A DNA stretch of 64,000 bases from Bacillota bacterium (GTDB lineage: Bacteria > Bacillota > JAAYKD01). Positions within the stretch are counted from its first letter, which is position 1. Every line of letters starts with the position of its first letter. The notes beneath the pieces are model-generated. The model was not told the origin of the DNA. It did no database searches and was given only the letters and a program-made list of their open reading frames with translations. Position numbers and translations under genes: made by a program. The stretch covers positions 2,592,001 through 2,656,000 of the forward strand of contig OY762825.2 in the NCBI GenBank assembly GCA_963666425.2. Reading direction: 5' to 3'. Shown here in pieces: positions 1 through 11,600 of this stretch.

Positions 1-1532
1 GGCCAGAATCGGCTTAGGTTTTCTTCATTACCCATCAGTTCCTGATACAAATTGAGCAGGGAAAGTTGTTTCGGCATTTGCTGCCGGTATTGCTTCACTG
101 CCATGTCCACCTGTTCCTGCAGACGTTTGATGGCATCGTCACGCTCCTGCAGCAGTTGAATTGCCTTGGGGTTGGGCATGTGCTGTAAATGAACCGGGAA
201 GCGGCTGCGTACAATTTCCAGACGGCGTTCGTAATAGTCGTGAATCTCTTCTTTGGCTTTGACGCTGCGCCGTTTACTCTGAACTTGCAGCCAACGATGC
301 ATAATTTTTACTCGTTTGTCGAGCGGCATATGTTTCAGATCATCATAACGCAGCTTCATGTCGTCGTGTTTTGCCAAAACAACACCGTCTGCCGTCGTCA
401 AATCCTCAGCCGGCAGAATCACCCCAACCAGAAACGAGAAATAGCGGTCGATGGCGGCGATCGCCGCCAGACTTCCTTTGGCTTGCAGCAGTTCCGCTTC
501 TTTTTGCAGAGGGGGTTGGATCGCGTTGGGTGTCTGATTACAGTAACGGATCATCCATTGCGCCGTGGTTTGCAGGTTAATTTTTTGTTCGATTTGTTCC
601 AGAACAATTTCCGCAAAGGTTTTCTGTTTGCAGCGTCGGATATCCAAATCCGGCATGACGGAAGCGATGTAGCCAAAAAATAATCGGCTCGGTGTCAGAA
701 TTAAAGTGTCTTCCGGATAAATTTCTTTGCGTTTGGCATAAAGTAAATAAGACATGCGATGCAAAGCGACGGACGTTTTACCACTGCCGGCCACGCCCTG
801 CACAACCAAAGGTTGTGTAAAAGGTAAGCGGATGATTTCGTTTTGATCTTTTTGGATGGTAGAGATGATATCCTTCATGCCGGTGCTGGCATTTTCACGT
901 AAGCGCGATAAGAGGAAATCATCAATGCCGGCGGCTTCTTCCTGGTCGGAAATTTCCTTTAGTCGGCCGCTCTCAATTAAAATCCGCCGCAGCAGATGCA
1001 ATTCTACTTCAATCGGACCATATGGGCCTTCAAAATGAGTGCGTCCCTGGATGCCGGCATAATAGAGATCAGCAACCGGAGCACGCCAGTCCACAATCAA
1101 TTGGCTGCCGTTTTCTTCGTTTTCCACACCCAATTTACCCAAATATAATACTTCTGTCGGCGGAGTTTGATCGTGGACTTTGACGCCGCCTTTGGATTCC
1201 TTGCTGCCGACATGCTCGAAATTGACATTGTGCTGAAATTCATATTCCAAGGTAGAAAGATCAATACGACCAAAATAGGGATCTTTCTCAGCCAGGCTCA
1301 GCACCGTACGGCGAGTCAAAGCGGCTTCAACCCGGGTCATTTCAAATTGCTGCGCTTGGGTCATATCCTCTGGCTTCTTCGCATCGGCGAGATTGCTTAA
1401 AATTTCATCGATTTCTGCCTGAGAGGAATGAGCTTGCTCTACCAGTTTCTCTTTCCACTGATGAATCTGCTCTAAAGTGAGCTGGAGATGATGCGTTTCT
1501 TCCGTGAAAGCGGCATGGGCATCGGCACGCAT
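1..1532 (-). CDS. helD: HelD-family RNA polymerase recycling helicase-like ATPase (runs off window start; absent from ORF track)
   Basis: Manual minus-strand translation from ATG 1532 (AAGGAGG upstream): MRADAHAAFTEE..., PYFGRID, IVDWRAPVADLYY, MKDIISTIQKDQNEIIR, Walker A VQGVAGSGKTSVALHRMSYLLY. Confidence 0.9.
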   Translation of the reverse strand, partial: MRADAHAAFTEETHHLQLTLEQIHQWKEKLVEQAHSSQAEIDEILSNLADAKKPEDMTQAQQFEMTRVEAALTRRTVLSLAEKDPYFGRIDLSTLEYEFQHNVNFEHVGSKESKGGVKVHDQTPPTEVLYLGKLGVENEENGSQLIVDWRAPVADLYYAGIQGRTHFEGPYGPIEVELHLLRRILIESGRLKEISDQEEAAGIDDFLLSRLRENASTGMKDIISTIQKDQNEIIRLPFTQPLVVQGVAGSGKTSVALHRMSYLLYAKRKEIYPEDTLILTPSRLFFGYIASVMPDLDIRRCKQKTFAEIVLEQIEQKINLQTTAQWMIRYCNQTPNAIQPPLQKEAELLQAKGSLAAIAAIDRYFSFLVGVILPAEDLTTADGVVLAKHDDMKLRYDDLKHMPLDKRVKIMHRWLQVQSKRRSVKAKEEIHDYYERRLEIVRSRFPVHLQHMPNPKAIQLLQERDDAIKRLQEQVDMAVKQYRQQMPKQLSLLNLYQELMGNEENLSRFW

Positions 1533-1772
1533 AATAAATCGTCCTCCTTTATGCGAAACACTTGACAAAAGAGTAAAAAGAGGCGAAAATAAAAAGACAA
1601 AGATGAATAAGAATTATACCCTTTTGCTCAGGAAAAGAAAAGCGAAATACATAATCATTTTAAATCTTCTGCAATGAGGCGAAATGGTTAAAAATCAAGC
1701 AATTTCTAAAGCATTTCTATGCAAAAATCGGTGATAAAGTGTGACACGGGGAAAAGAAGGTGTAGGATGATC

Positions 1773-3080
1773 ATGACAATGGTGGATATCATCAACTCGA
1801 AACGGGAAGGACAGTCGCTCAGCCGCGCAGAAATAACTTATTTTATAGAGCAATACAGCGAGGGTTTGATCCCGGATTATCAGGCAGCCGCTTTACTGAT
1901 GGCTATCTGCTGTCGGGGAGCAGATGACCGCGAAATTTTTTATTTAACAGATGCGATGCTGAGATCCGGGATCGAACTGGATTTGCAGCGCATCGCAGGC
2001 ATCAAGGTCGATAAACACAGTACCGGCGGGGTTGGAGATAAATTGACGCTGGTAGCGGCGCCGCTGGCGGCGGCGGCCGGTGTGAAGGTTGCGAAGATGA
2101 GCGGCAGGGGCTTGGGCCATACCGGGGGAACGCTGGATAAATTGGAGTCAATCCCCGGCTTTACCAGTGCAATGGAACCGGAAGCCTTTATCAGGCAAGT
2201 GGACTGCATGGGACTGGCGATTATCAGCCAGACACATGATCTGGTGCCTGCCGATCAGAAACTCTATGCCCTGCGGGATGTCACCGGAACGGTTCAATCG
2301 ATTCCCCTGATTGCAGCCAGCATTATGTCCAAAAAACTAGCGGCCGGCAGCAACAAGATTCTGCTGGATGTAACGGTTGGCAGCGGAGCCTTTATGAAAA
2401 CCGAAGCAGAAGCGGTGGAATTGGCGCAGTTGATGGTAGCGATTGGTCAGGCTGCCGGACGTGAAACAGTGGCTGTGCTGACCGATATGAGTGAACCTTT
2501 GGGTTGTGCGATTGGCAATTCCTTGGAAATTGAAGAAGCAATGGCGGCACTAAATGGAGGAGGACCGCAGGACCTGCGGGAATTGGCATTATTCTTTGCC
2601 GCTAAAATGCTGAAATTGGCTGGCTTGAGTCAGGGGGAAGCAGAAGACCGGCAACGTCTGGAAGGTTTGTTGGATCATGGGGAGGCTTTGGCAAAGTTTT
2701 TGCAGATGGTTTCTCTCCAGGGCGGAAATACTCAAAAATTGCTGCAGCATCAGCTGCCGCGAGCTAAATTTCACCTGCCTGTTTTAGCAAAGGCAGCGGG
2801 TTGGATTCAAGAAATCGATACCCTGAGCTTAGGGAAAATGGTTGTAGAATTGGGAGGCGGACGGAAAGTAAAGGGAGAAGAGATCGATCACACGGTCGGA
2901 CTGGTACTGGAACGCAAAAAAACGGATTCGATTGAACCGAATCAAGTCTTGCTCACAATCGATACCAATGAGAGCGATCCTGATAAACAGGCGCTGTTGG
3001 TTGAATCGGCCTTACAGGCCTTTGTGTTGAGTCCTGTGCGCGTAGAGCGGTCCCCCTTCATTCTGCGGATTATCAATTGA
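1773..3080 (+). CDS. pdp: Pyrimidine-nucleoside (thymidine) phosphorylase
   Basis: DKHSTGGVGDK, KMSGRGLGHTGGTLDKLESIPG, SIMSKKLAAG; start ATG 1773 or 1767. Confidence 0.95.
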   Translation: MTMVDIINSKREGQSLSRAEITYFIEQYSEGLIPDYQAAALLMAICCRGADDREIFYLTDAMLRSGIELDLQRIAGIKVDKHSTGGVGDKLTLVAAPLAAAAGVKVAKMSGRGLGHTGGTLDKLESIPGFTSAMEPEAFIRQVDCMGLAIISQTHDLVPADQKLYALRDVTGTVQSIPLIAASIMSKKLAAGSNKILLDVTVGSGAFMKTEAEAVELAQLMVAIGQAAGRETVAVLTDMSEPLGCAIGNSLEIEEAMAALNGGGPQDLRELALFFAAKMLKLAGLSQGEAEDRQRLEGLLDHGEALAKFLQMVSLQGGNTQKLLQHQLPRAKFHLPVLAKAAGWIQEIDTLSLGKMVVELGGGRKVKGEEIDHTVGLVLERKKTDSIEPNQVLLTIDTNESDPDKQALLVESALQAFVLSPVRVERSPFILRIIN

Positions 3081-3136
3081 ATTAAGAGAGAGAAAGCGAT
3101 TACTCAAGAAAAATGCAATATGGAAAGGTGAATCGG

Positions 3137-3664
3137 ATGACAAAAAAAACGGATCAGTCGAATAAAAACAAAAACGTATCCAAACGCAGTACGGAGATTG
3201 AACGTTCATTCTTCGGCTTGGACAGCCGGGTGGTGATGCTTGCTCTCTATTTGGGCAGCAGCATCTTATTTTTCCTATTGGAATCACCTCTTGTCTTCGC
3301 GGTGTTTTGGTTACTGTCCTTAATGGCTTATCAGTTTAGCAAAGATGAATTGGTGCAGCTGCATGCTCTGCAGGCTGCTGCTATCCATATGATTGCTTTC
3401 TTATTCCGTTTGCTGATCAACACGATCAGCAGCTTTATTGTCTCTTATATCACACAAATCGGCGGCGGAGAATTGGAATTAGCGCAGCCGGCGCAAATCG
3501 TTGGTTGGATTTCCCTGACGCTGTCTTTGCTTGTGTTGGCTGTGCAAATGCTGGCTTCGGAAACAGCGATGCGCGGCATGCAGTTAAAATTGCCTGTGCT
3601 TTATGCTTTCGGAAAATTAATGGCACGTTTCTTTTTGCCCGGGTCTGCCGCAGCGCAGGAGTAA
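3137..3664 (+). CDS. Small integral membrane protein, DUF4870-like
   Basis: SD GAAAGGTG before ATG 3137; several hydrophobic segments; DELVQLHALQA and LKLPVL motifs recall DUF4870. Confidence 0.6.
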   Translation: MTKKTDQSNKNKNVSKRSTEIERSFFGLDSRVVMLALYLGSSILFFLLESPLVFAVFWLLSLMAYQFSKDELVQLHALQAAAIHMIAFLFRLLINTISSFIVSYITQIGGGELELAQPAQIVGWISLTLSLLVLAVQMLASETAMRGMQLKLPVLYAFGKLMARFFLPGSAAAQE

Positions 3665-3961
3665 GAATACTGTAATGAGAAAACGCTTCGTTCTCGCGGG
3701 ATACATTGGGGAGCTGCGCTGTCGAAACGGCTGCAGCTCCAAAAAGTTGCTTCTTTTTCTTCAGAGAGGTGTGGATGTTTCTTTTACTGAGAGAACAATC
3801 CGATCACCTCACTGAGAAAAGGAAGCCTTTTTATCTACAAATTACTTTAAAAACATATACAGATGATCAGGCAGAATCGCTGGACAAAAGCGAACGATTG
3901 GTTTATAATAATCACATCTTGTTGGATACTGTCCGAACGAAAAAACTGAAAGGGATGGTTT

Positions 3962-5293
3962 ATGTTGGCAAAAACAGCAAATGATGTCTTGGCTATGGCC
4001 AAAGAGAACAATGTGCGGTTTGTCGAACTTCAATTGATTGATATCTTGGGATCTCAGAAAACCGTTTCGATACCCGTTACACAACTGGATAAAGCGCTCA
4101 ACAACGAGATCGCATTCGATGGTTCCTCGATTGAAGGATTTGTTCGTATCAATGAAGCGGATATGCTGCTTTATCCGGATCCGAATACCTTTGTGATCTA
4201 CCCATGGCTCAGCGGCAGACAGACTACAGCCAGGCTGCTGTGTGATGTGCACAATCCGGATGGCACCCCTTTTGTCGGTGACCCGCGCGGCGTTCTGAAA
4301 AAAGTGGTCAAAGAAGCGGAAGCGATGGGCTTACAGTTGTATGCCGGAACCGAAGCGGAATTTTTCTTATTTGAACAGGGAGAAAATGGTTGTCCGACGG
4401 TCAAGACGTTTGACAAAGGTTTCTACTTTGATACAGATCCAACCGATAAAAGTGAAGAAGCACGCCGCGATATGGTTATCACTTTAGAGGAAATGGGTTT
4501 TTCCATTGAAGCAGCGCATCATGAAAATGCGCATGGTCAGCACGAGATTGATTTTAAGTATGCCGGTGCGATCGAAACCGCGGATAATATCGCTACGCTG
4601 AAGACTGTGGTTCGCATTGTTGCACGCAGCCATGGCATGCATGCGACTTTTATGCCGAAACCGATTGCCGGTGTTGCCGGTTCCGGGATGCATATCCATC
4701 AGTCGGTCTTCCAAAATGGCATCAATGCTTTTTATGATGAGAAGCGTCCGCAAGGATTATCGGTGATGGCAGAGTCCTATATCGCTGGTTTGATGGATCA
4801 TGCCGGTGCGATGACAGCCATTACCAATCAGCTGGTCAATTCCTATAAGAGACTGGTTCCCGGACATGAAGCACCGGTTTACATTGCCTGGGCTATGGCG
4901 AACCGCAGCCCTCTGATTCGAATTCCCAGCCGGCGCGGCATCGGTACGCGGATTGAGCTGCGCAGTCCGGATTGCTCCTGCAATCCCTATTTGGCGCTGG
5001 CGGTCAGCATGAAAGCCGGTCTGGATGGAATCAAACGCCATCTGGTTCCGCCGGCTCCGATCTCGGATAATATTTATGAGTTGGATGAAAAACAGCGTCA
5101 GAGCCGAAATATTCTTTCCTTACCCGGTAATCTGAGTCAGGCGATTGACGCCTTGAAAGAAGATGCCTTGATTCGTGAGACCTTAGGCGAACACGTATTT
5201 CAGAGTTTCCTCAATGCCAAGAGTCAGGAATGGGCTGATTATTCTCAGCAAGTTCATGACTGGGAATTGAATCGCTATCTTTGGAGCTTCTAA
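3962..5293 (+). CDS. glnA: Glutamine synthetase type I
   Basis: FDGSSIEGFVRINEADM, HHENAHGQHEIDF, ATFMPKP..GSGMHIHQS, NSYKRLVPGHEAP, RIELRSPD. Confidence 0.95.
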   Translation: MLAKTANDVLAMAKENNVRFVELQLIDILGSQKTVSIPVTQLDKALNNEIAFDGSSIEGFVRINEADMLLYPDPNTFVIYPWLSGRQTTARLLCDVHNPDGTPFVGDPRGVLKKVVKEAEAMGLQLYAGTEAEFFLFEQGENGCPTVKTFDKGFYFDTDPTDKSEEARRDMVITLEEMGFSIEAAHHENAHGQHEIDFKYAGAIETADNIATLKTVVRIVARSHGMHATFMPKPIAGVAGSGMHIHQSVFQNGINAFYDEKRPQGLSVMAESYIAGLMDHAGAMTAITNQLVNSYKRLVPGHEAPVYIAWAMANRSPLIRIPSRRGIGTRIELRSPDCSCNPYLALAVSMKAGLDGIKRHLVPPAPISDNIYELDEKQRQSRNILSLPGNLSQAIDALKEDALIRETLGEHVFQSFLNAKSQEWADYSQQVHDWELNRYLWSF

Positions 5294-5307
5294 ATCGCAG
5301 CTAAGGC

Positions 5308-5359
5308 AGAACAATCGTTACCTTGGGTTTCGTCGTAACCCGGTGACGGTTGTTTTGTT
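5308..5359 (+). terminator. Intrinsic terminator after glnA
   Basis: AGAACAATCGTTACC...GGTGACGGTTGTTTT stem ending in T-rich tract. Confidence 0.7.
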
Positions 5360-5470
5360 ATATGGCAGAATGAAAGGGACTAACAAGACCAATGGATCGT
5401 TGTGGTTGATTGAGTACCATACAGGTATCATAAAAATTTATTGATATATTTTAAAATACATGCAAAATAG

Positions 5471-5498
5471 AAAGGAATTTCCAAAAGAGTGTCGAAAT
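5471..5498 (+). promoter_or_regulatory. SigH-like promoter candidate for the surface-protein locus
   Basis: AAAGGAATTT-N10-GTCGAAAT; AGGA to GAA spacing 17 nt. Confidence 0.45.
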
Positions 5499-5549
5499 CA
5501 AATTTAATACATAGAGTAATAGCAATGAGCATCGCAGTAAAAAGTAAAG

Positions 5550-5645
5550 AAATCCGAAAGTAAGACTATCTCAGCCGATCAGTCGTCTATTTTCACAGTG
5601 CGGCGGCGAAAACAGAACGATGAAGTTTTTAGTCAAATCGGATTT
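5550..5645 (+). ncRNA. Candidate structured 5' leader RNA
   Basis: AAATCCGA/TCGGATTT, GACTA/TAGTC and TCGTCTATTTTC/GAAAACAGAACGA nested pairings. Confidence 0.45.
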
Positions 5646-5699
5646 TTTCTATTCACAGGATGACTCTATGTAAAGTCTTGATTTTGAAAGGAGTGAACG

Positions 5700-8600
5700 A
5701 TGAACATGAAAAAAACACTATTTCTCGTGCTGATGATCGTTGCTTTACTATGCTTTTCCGGTGCGGCAATGGCACAGAGCTTTTTCGATATGCCGAACAA
5801 TTGGTCAACCGAAGCTCTTCAGCATGCTGTAGATAACGGGTTGCTGTTCGGCAGCGATGGGTACTTGAAACCAAATGATTCGCTGAAAAGATCGGAACTT
5901 GCCGCAATTGTTGTCAGAGCGTTTGGCGCCAACGTGGCCGCAGATATTTCACACTTTTCTGATGTCAATGCGAATGCCTGGTATGCTGTTGAGATGGCAA
6001 AAGCGGTTGAGATGAAAGTGATGGAAGGAGACGGAATCAGACTCAATCCGGAAACTGCGGTTACCCGTGAACAGGCATTTGCTGTGTTAGCCAGGGCATT
6101 CCATATTGCGAATGGCAGCAAAGCAGATTTCGCCGGTTTTCTGGACGCTTCCTCTGTTAGCTCTTGGTTTGAAGCCGAATTGGGCGGTATGGTCAAAGCC
6201 GGCTATGTCAGCGGCAGCGATCAAAATTTAGAGCCGCTTAGTCCCATTACACGGGCTGAATTTGCTCAGGTCATGCATACCTTGGTTCAGACCTATGTGG
6301 TTGCGCCGGGTACTTATACCGCTGATTACGCAGGCAATGTCCTGGTCAGAGTATCCGATGCCCGTTTTGAGGGTGTGACTTTTAATGGCAATTTAATTGC
6401 CGCCGACGGTATTGGCACAGGTAATATTTACCTGAAGGACTGCACCGTGAAAGGCGAAGTCATTATCCGCGGCGGCGGTATGAATTCCGTTGTGATCGAC
6501 GGCGGTAATTACCCGAATGGTATTACTGTTGTTACAACACCGTCCGGTGGAACCCGGATCTTCACGACCGATGCCAGTGGTCTGGAAGTTACAATTGCTG
6601 AAACCGCCGCTAATGAGACCGTGAAAATCGAAGGCAGTATCGCCAAAGTAACCGTCAATGCCGAAAACGTCAATTTGGAAATTGCCGACAATTCAGTGGT
6701 CGCCGCCCTGGTTGTCAACAGCAACAATACTACGGTCACCAGTATTGGCAACGGCACCATTACAGATGTGCAGGTCAATGTTCCTGCCCAAAGCAATCCT
6801 GCTGATGCGGTCATCACTTTAAATGCGAACATGACCAATGTTACTGTGAATACCCAGACGGATGTAATGATGGACTCTGCAACCGTCACTACGCTCACTG
6901 TCGCTCCCTCGGCAGCCTCCACTTCCATTCATGTTGGTGCAGAGGCAACCGTGACGACAATGACAGTCAACGCACAACAGACAACTGTCACCGCTTCCAA
7001 TGGCGCCGTGATGACCACAGTCAATGTTTCAGCGAATAATGTGACCGTGGCCGTGCCAAGCACCATGGTTTCTGTCATTGTCGGTTCATCAGTTACTGGA
7101 TCCGTCGTCAACGAAACTGCTGTAGCAGCCAATACGACAACAACAGTGACGTCGGCCGGGGTTATAACAACAACTCCAACGACACCGCCGGTGGTAGTAC
7201 CGCCTGAATCGGAACCGGAAGTAGTTGTCAGTGCCATCAGTGTTACACCAACAATAATGACTTTAACGTCAGGTGGAGCAACCGGAACAATCACAGCTAC
7301 AGTTAGCCCGGTAAATGCCACAAATAGAAATATTATTTGGTCATCAAGCAACCGAAATGTAGCCACTGTTGCGAATGGCATCGTAACGCCGATCGCAGTA
7401 GGCACAACAACAATCACAGCAACCTCAGCTTCGGATGGAACAAAAACTGCGGCAACTGAAGTGACTGTAAATCCGATCGCAAGAATCAATTCGATCAACC
7501 CGGCAACGCTGAGGGAAGCGTTTATCCCGAATAATGGCAGCTTGATCAGTGGTAACGTAGTGATAACCATAGCAAATGGTATTTTCGCTGATCCGTTAGT
7601 GAAGGCAGACGTTACTGCATCAGCTGGTTTGCCTATAGGCATGGATTATACGGTAACAAGAAATTCTGATACGCAGCTCACAATTACCATCACCGGCAGT
7701 GCAGCAAACCATGCGGATGCCAATGATGTCAGTAATTTATCCTTCACCATTGCCAAGGCGAAGATCGCAGGAGCAATTGCCAATTTAACAACAGAAGACA
7801 TAAACATAGACTTTAATGATCCGGTTTCAATTTCTGCAACAACGCTTAATTATGCAGCCCCATCCGGTTTTTCCGGTGCATCAAATACAGTTGCTCTCAC
7901 CGGCACTACCTTTACCGCGGCAGCAATCGCTGAGAACACAGCGAATTGGACAATCGATACGGGAACAACAAATCTTCAAGTTTTTAGTATAACGAGAACC
8001 GGGGATCAAGCAGTAACAATCAATTTCACAGTAAAAACTGCTGGTTTAGGCAGCGGAACGGGAACGATAACGATCCAGGCGAAAGCGGCTGCACTTACAA
8101 GCAACGCTGCAAGCAACATCGCGAGTGTTGTTATTACTGATAATTCAGCACCAATCGTAAGCAATTGCAATATTAGTGCGATCACCGATTCAGCTGCAAC
8201 CCTCAGCTTCAGCTCGAACGAATCAGGAACCTATTATTATTTAGTCTATGTGGCGGCAGACGCAGCACCGGATGCAGCCATCATCAAAGCACAAGGAAGT
8301 TCGGCAGCCCGAGAGACTGGAATCGCCTCGGCAGCTGTTAACACTTCAAATATCACAAGTCTTGAACGTTTTAAAGCTTACAAAGCCTATGTGATCGTTG
8401 AAGATTCAACCGGCAATATTTCAGATCTTCAGTCAATTGAATTTACCACCGCTAAAACAAAAGTGACAAACGCGGCAATCCAAGGATTAACCGCACCGAT
8501 TACTGATGCTGCTGCGGTTACAACAATCACTTCAACCGACGAATACACCGGAACCGTAGCATGGAACCCTATCCCTGAAAACAATCAGTTTGCTGTATGC

Positions 8601-11600
8601 ACAGCGTATACGGCAACGATTACAATCACCCCAAAAACAGGTTATACCTTAACCGGTTTGTCTGCCAATTTCTTTAGCGCAGCAGGGGCGACAAGCGTAT
8701 CGAACGCTGCCAATTCAGGGACGGTAACGGTAGTCTTCCCGGCAACTACAGTCAGTACCGCCGCACAATTTGAGACTGCACTGGCCAACAATACTGTTGC
8801 GACGATCATACTCAGCGAGACGATTACCGGTAATGTAACAGCGACACGGACAGGGGCGACCAATTTTACAATTGATTTTGGTACCTATTCGTTAGTAGGC
8901 AGTTTAAACCTTGTTGCAGATATGGTAACAGCAATCACGTTCAACGGAACAGCAATTCCCGCAATTACCGGGAACTTGACACTTTCTGCAACACTGGCAA
9001 CCGTAACAAACAATATTTCTGTTGGAGGAACCATCACCATCAATGGTGTTGGCGATAATACTTGGATTGAAGTAGCGAACGGGAATCAAATCATTGTGCA
9101 TGATGATAACGGAGCTACCTTTGATATTCAAGGTCTTCCGGAGGGAATTACAGTCACGAATGGTGCCAATGGCATTAACATTACAGCGAATATTCCAATA
9201 GATATTGTGATTAATGCAGGTGCTGAGGTTGACAACATAACCGTTGGCACAGACGCCGCAGGATCTAGTATCACCAACAACGGAACCGTAACCAACGTAA
9301 CTGCGAACTCGGACATATCGGTTGCAAACAACAGTGGCGCTGTTAATGTAGGAGGAACAGGGACGATAGGAACTTCTGGTACCGCTTCAGGAAATGTAAC
9401 AGGAACCGCAGTAATCGTAACAGGTATTACTGATCTCGCTATTCCGACCGTATTAAGAATCGGCGGAACAACAACGGCAACGATTACAACGGCAACATCA
9501 GGCTCCACATATAACGTCACCTCCGCAAACCCATTGATTGTCAGCGTGGATGCAGCCACAGGGCTTGCCATTACTGCCCTCGCTCCTGGAAAAACGGCAA
9601 TCACAGTACAGGTAAAAAATGCTTCAGGGGACGTTACCCATCAGGGCACAATCGCCGTTACTGTTCTTCCCGCAGAAATCTCAGCAGCATATGTCACAAT
9701 GGCAGCACCGGTATTAGGTGTTACACCTGAAAATGCTGCGTTAATTCAGACGAATACTGCGAATCCGGATTACACAGTCACGAGTGTCACTTGGAATCAA
9801 GAATTAACACCGACCGGAAAATTCAAAGCGGGGGTAGCTTACACAGCAACCGTTGTGTTGGCTTCAAAGAATGACAAAGCATTCCAGACTGCAGCTTTCA
9901 CACCTACAGTAGCAACTGCAGCCTCAGTTGGTGCAACTACAACACAGGGAACCGGTTCGGGCAACAGTGTAAGCTTTATTGTTACCTTCCCGGCAACGGC
10001 GCCTTTAGCGGTAACCGGTATTGAAGTAACAACACAACCATCTCAACTGCAGTATACCGCAGGCCAGCTTTTGGTCCTAAACGGTATGATCGTTACGGAA
10101 ATTAACAATGATGGTACAACAAAGACAGTCTCGTTTACAAATGGTACGGCACCAGGATATACCGCAAATCCTGCAAACGGTACTGCATTAGGCAAAACAG
10201 CGCATAGCTATCAGACAGTCACGATTACACTGACAGCCTCAGCGAAAACGGCAGTAACCGCGCAATTGATTGTGGTAAACAACACGCAAACAGCACCGTC
10301 AGGCTTTGCAGCAGTTGCCCCAACAGCCGATTCCAATAACGGTAGGATTACAGGCACCACCAGTGCGATGGAGTATAAACTACTTTCATCAGCCAAAGAT
10401 TGGATTGCCGTAGCGGGCACTGAAATCACAGGATTATTGTCTGGAACCTACGAAGTAAGATATGCTGCCAAAGAAGGATTCGACCCAAGTCCTGCAGTGC
10501 AGGTCATGGTTCCCGCTTTAGTAAGCATAGCAATTACAACACCGGCAACAAAAACGGCCTATAAAGTTGGAGAGCCGCTTAACATTGCGAGCTTGGTGGT
10601 GACTGGAACCTATGATAATTTAACAACAAAAACAGAAACAATCACAACAGCAAACATCAGTGGCTTTAACAGTGCTGCGGTCGCGCTAAGTCAGACTCTG
10701 ACAATCAAAGTAGGTTATCAGACAACAACTTATACGATCTCGATAGCGAAAGCAGACGGGCCTGCACTTGTTGGTGTTACGATGAATGATCTTGCGAACA
10801 CACTAATCGGTATCACTGCAGGTATGGAATTTTCCACGAACGGAACGACTTGGACAGCATACACTGCTGCAGCACCGAACTTACCTGCTTTAACAGGAAC
10901 AGTCGCATTGCAGGTTAGAGTAGCAGCAACAGCGATACGGGAAGCGGGAGCTGCAACAACCTTCAACTTTACAGTGCCGACACTAAGCAGTATAGCAATC
11001 ACAACACCGGCAACAAAGACAGCTTACAAAGTTGGGGAGACACTTAACATCACAGGCTTGGTAGTGACAGGGACCTATAGTGATACGACGACAAAAGTAG
11101 AAACAATCACGACAGGTAATGTAACGGGCTTTAATAGCACAGCGGTAGCGGCAAGTCAAACTCTGACGATCACTGTTGGCAGCAGGACAACAACCTATAA
11201 CATATCGATCGCGAGTGCAGAACAAGCAGCGCCAACCGGGTTATCCGGCGTTTCACCAACTACCATTGAAGGAACGGATGGCAAGATTAGCGGTACAACA
11301 TCCTTAATGGAATACAAATTAGCAACAGCTGCAGACAGCACTTATACAGCTTGCTCGGCAAATGCAACAACAGTACCAGCCGTTGGAAATTATTATGTCA
11401 GGTTTGCGGCTAAAACCGGGTTTAATGCAGGAGCAGCAGTATTGGTAACCGTCTCAGAATCCATTTTCCCACGCGTCACCGCTATTTCGATTTCAGTTAA
11501 TTATAGTGTAATTGCACCGACATCGGAAACGCCGACATCGCTCACATTCGACTTATCCGCGATTCCGGATTCTGCTTCCATTACCGCACTTGGCATATCC

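Noticed and set aside
189-1400. Plus-strand ORFs 189-683, 371-580, 856-1038, 1167-1400
   Set aside because: Antisense shadows of the minus-strand helD gene.
10517-11213. Duplicated module as a possible DGR template/variable repeat pair
   Set aside because: Both copies are in-frame coding, differences are not confined to adenines, and no reverse transcriptase is in the window.
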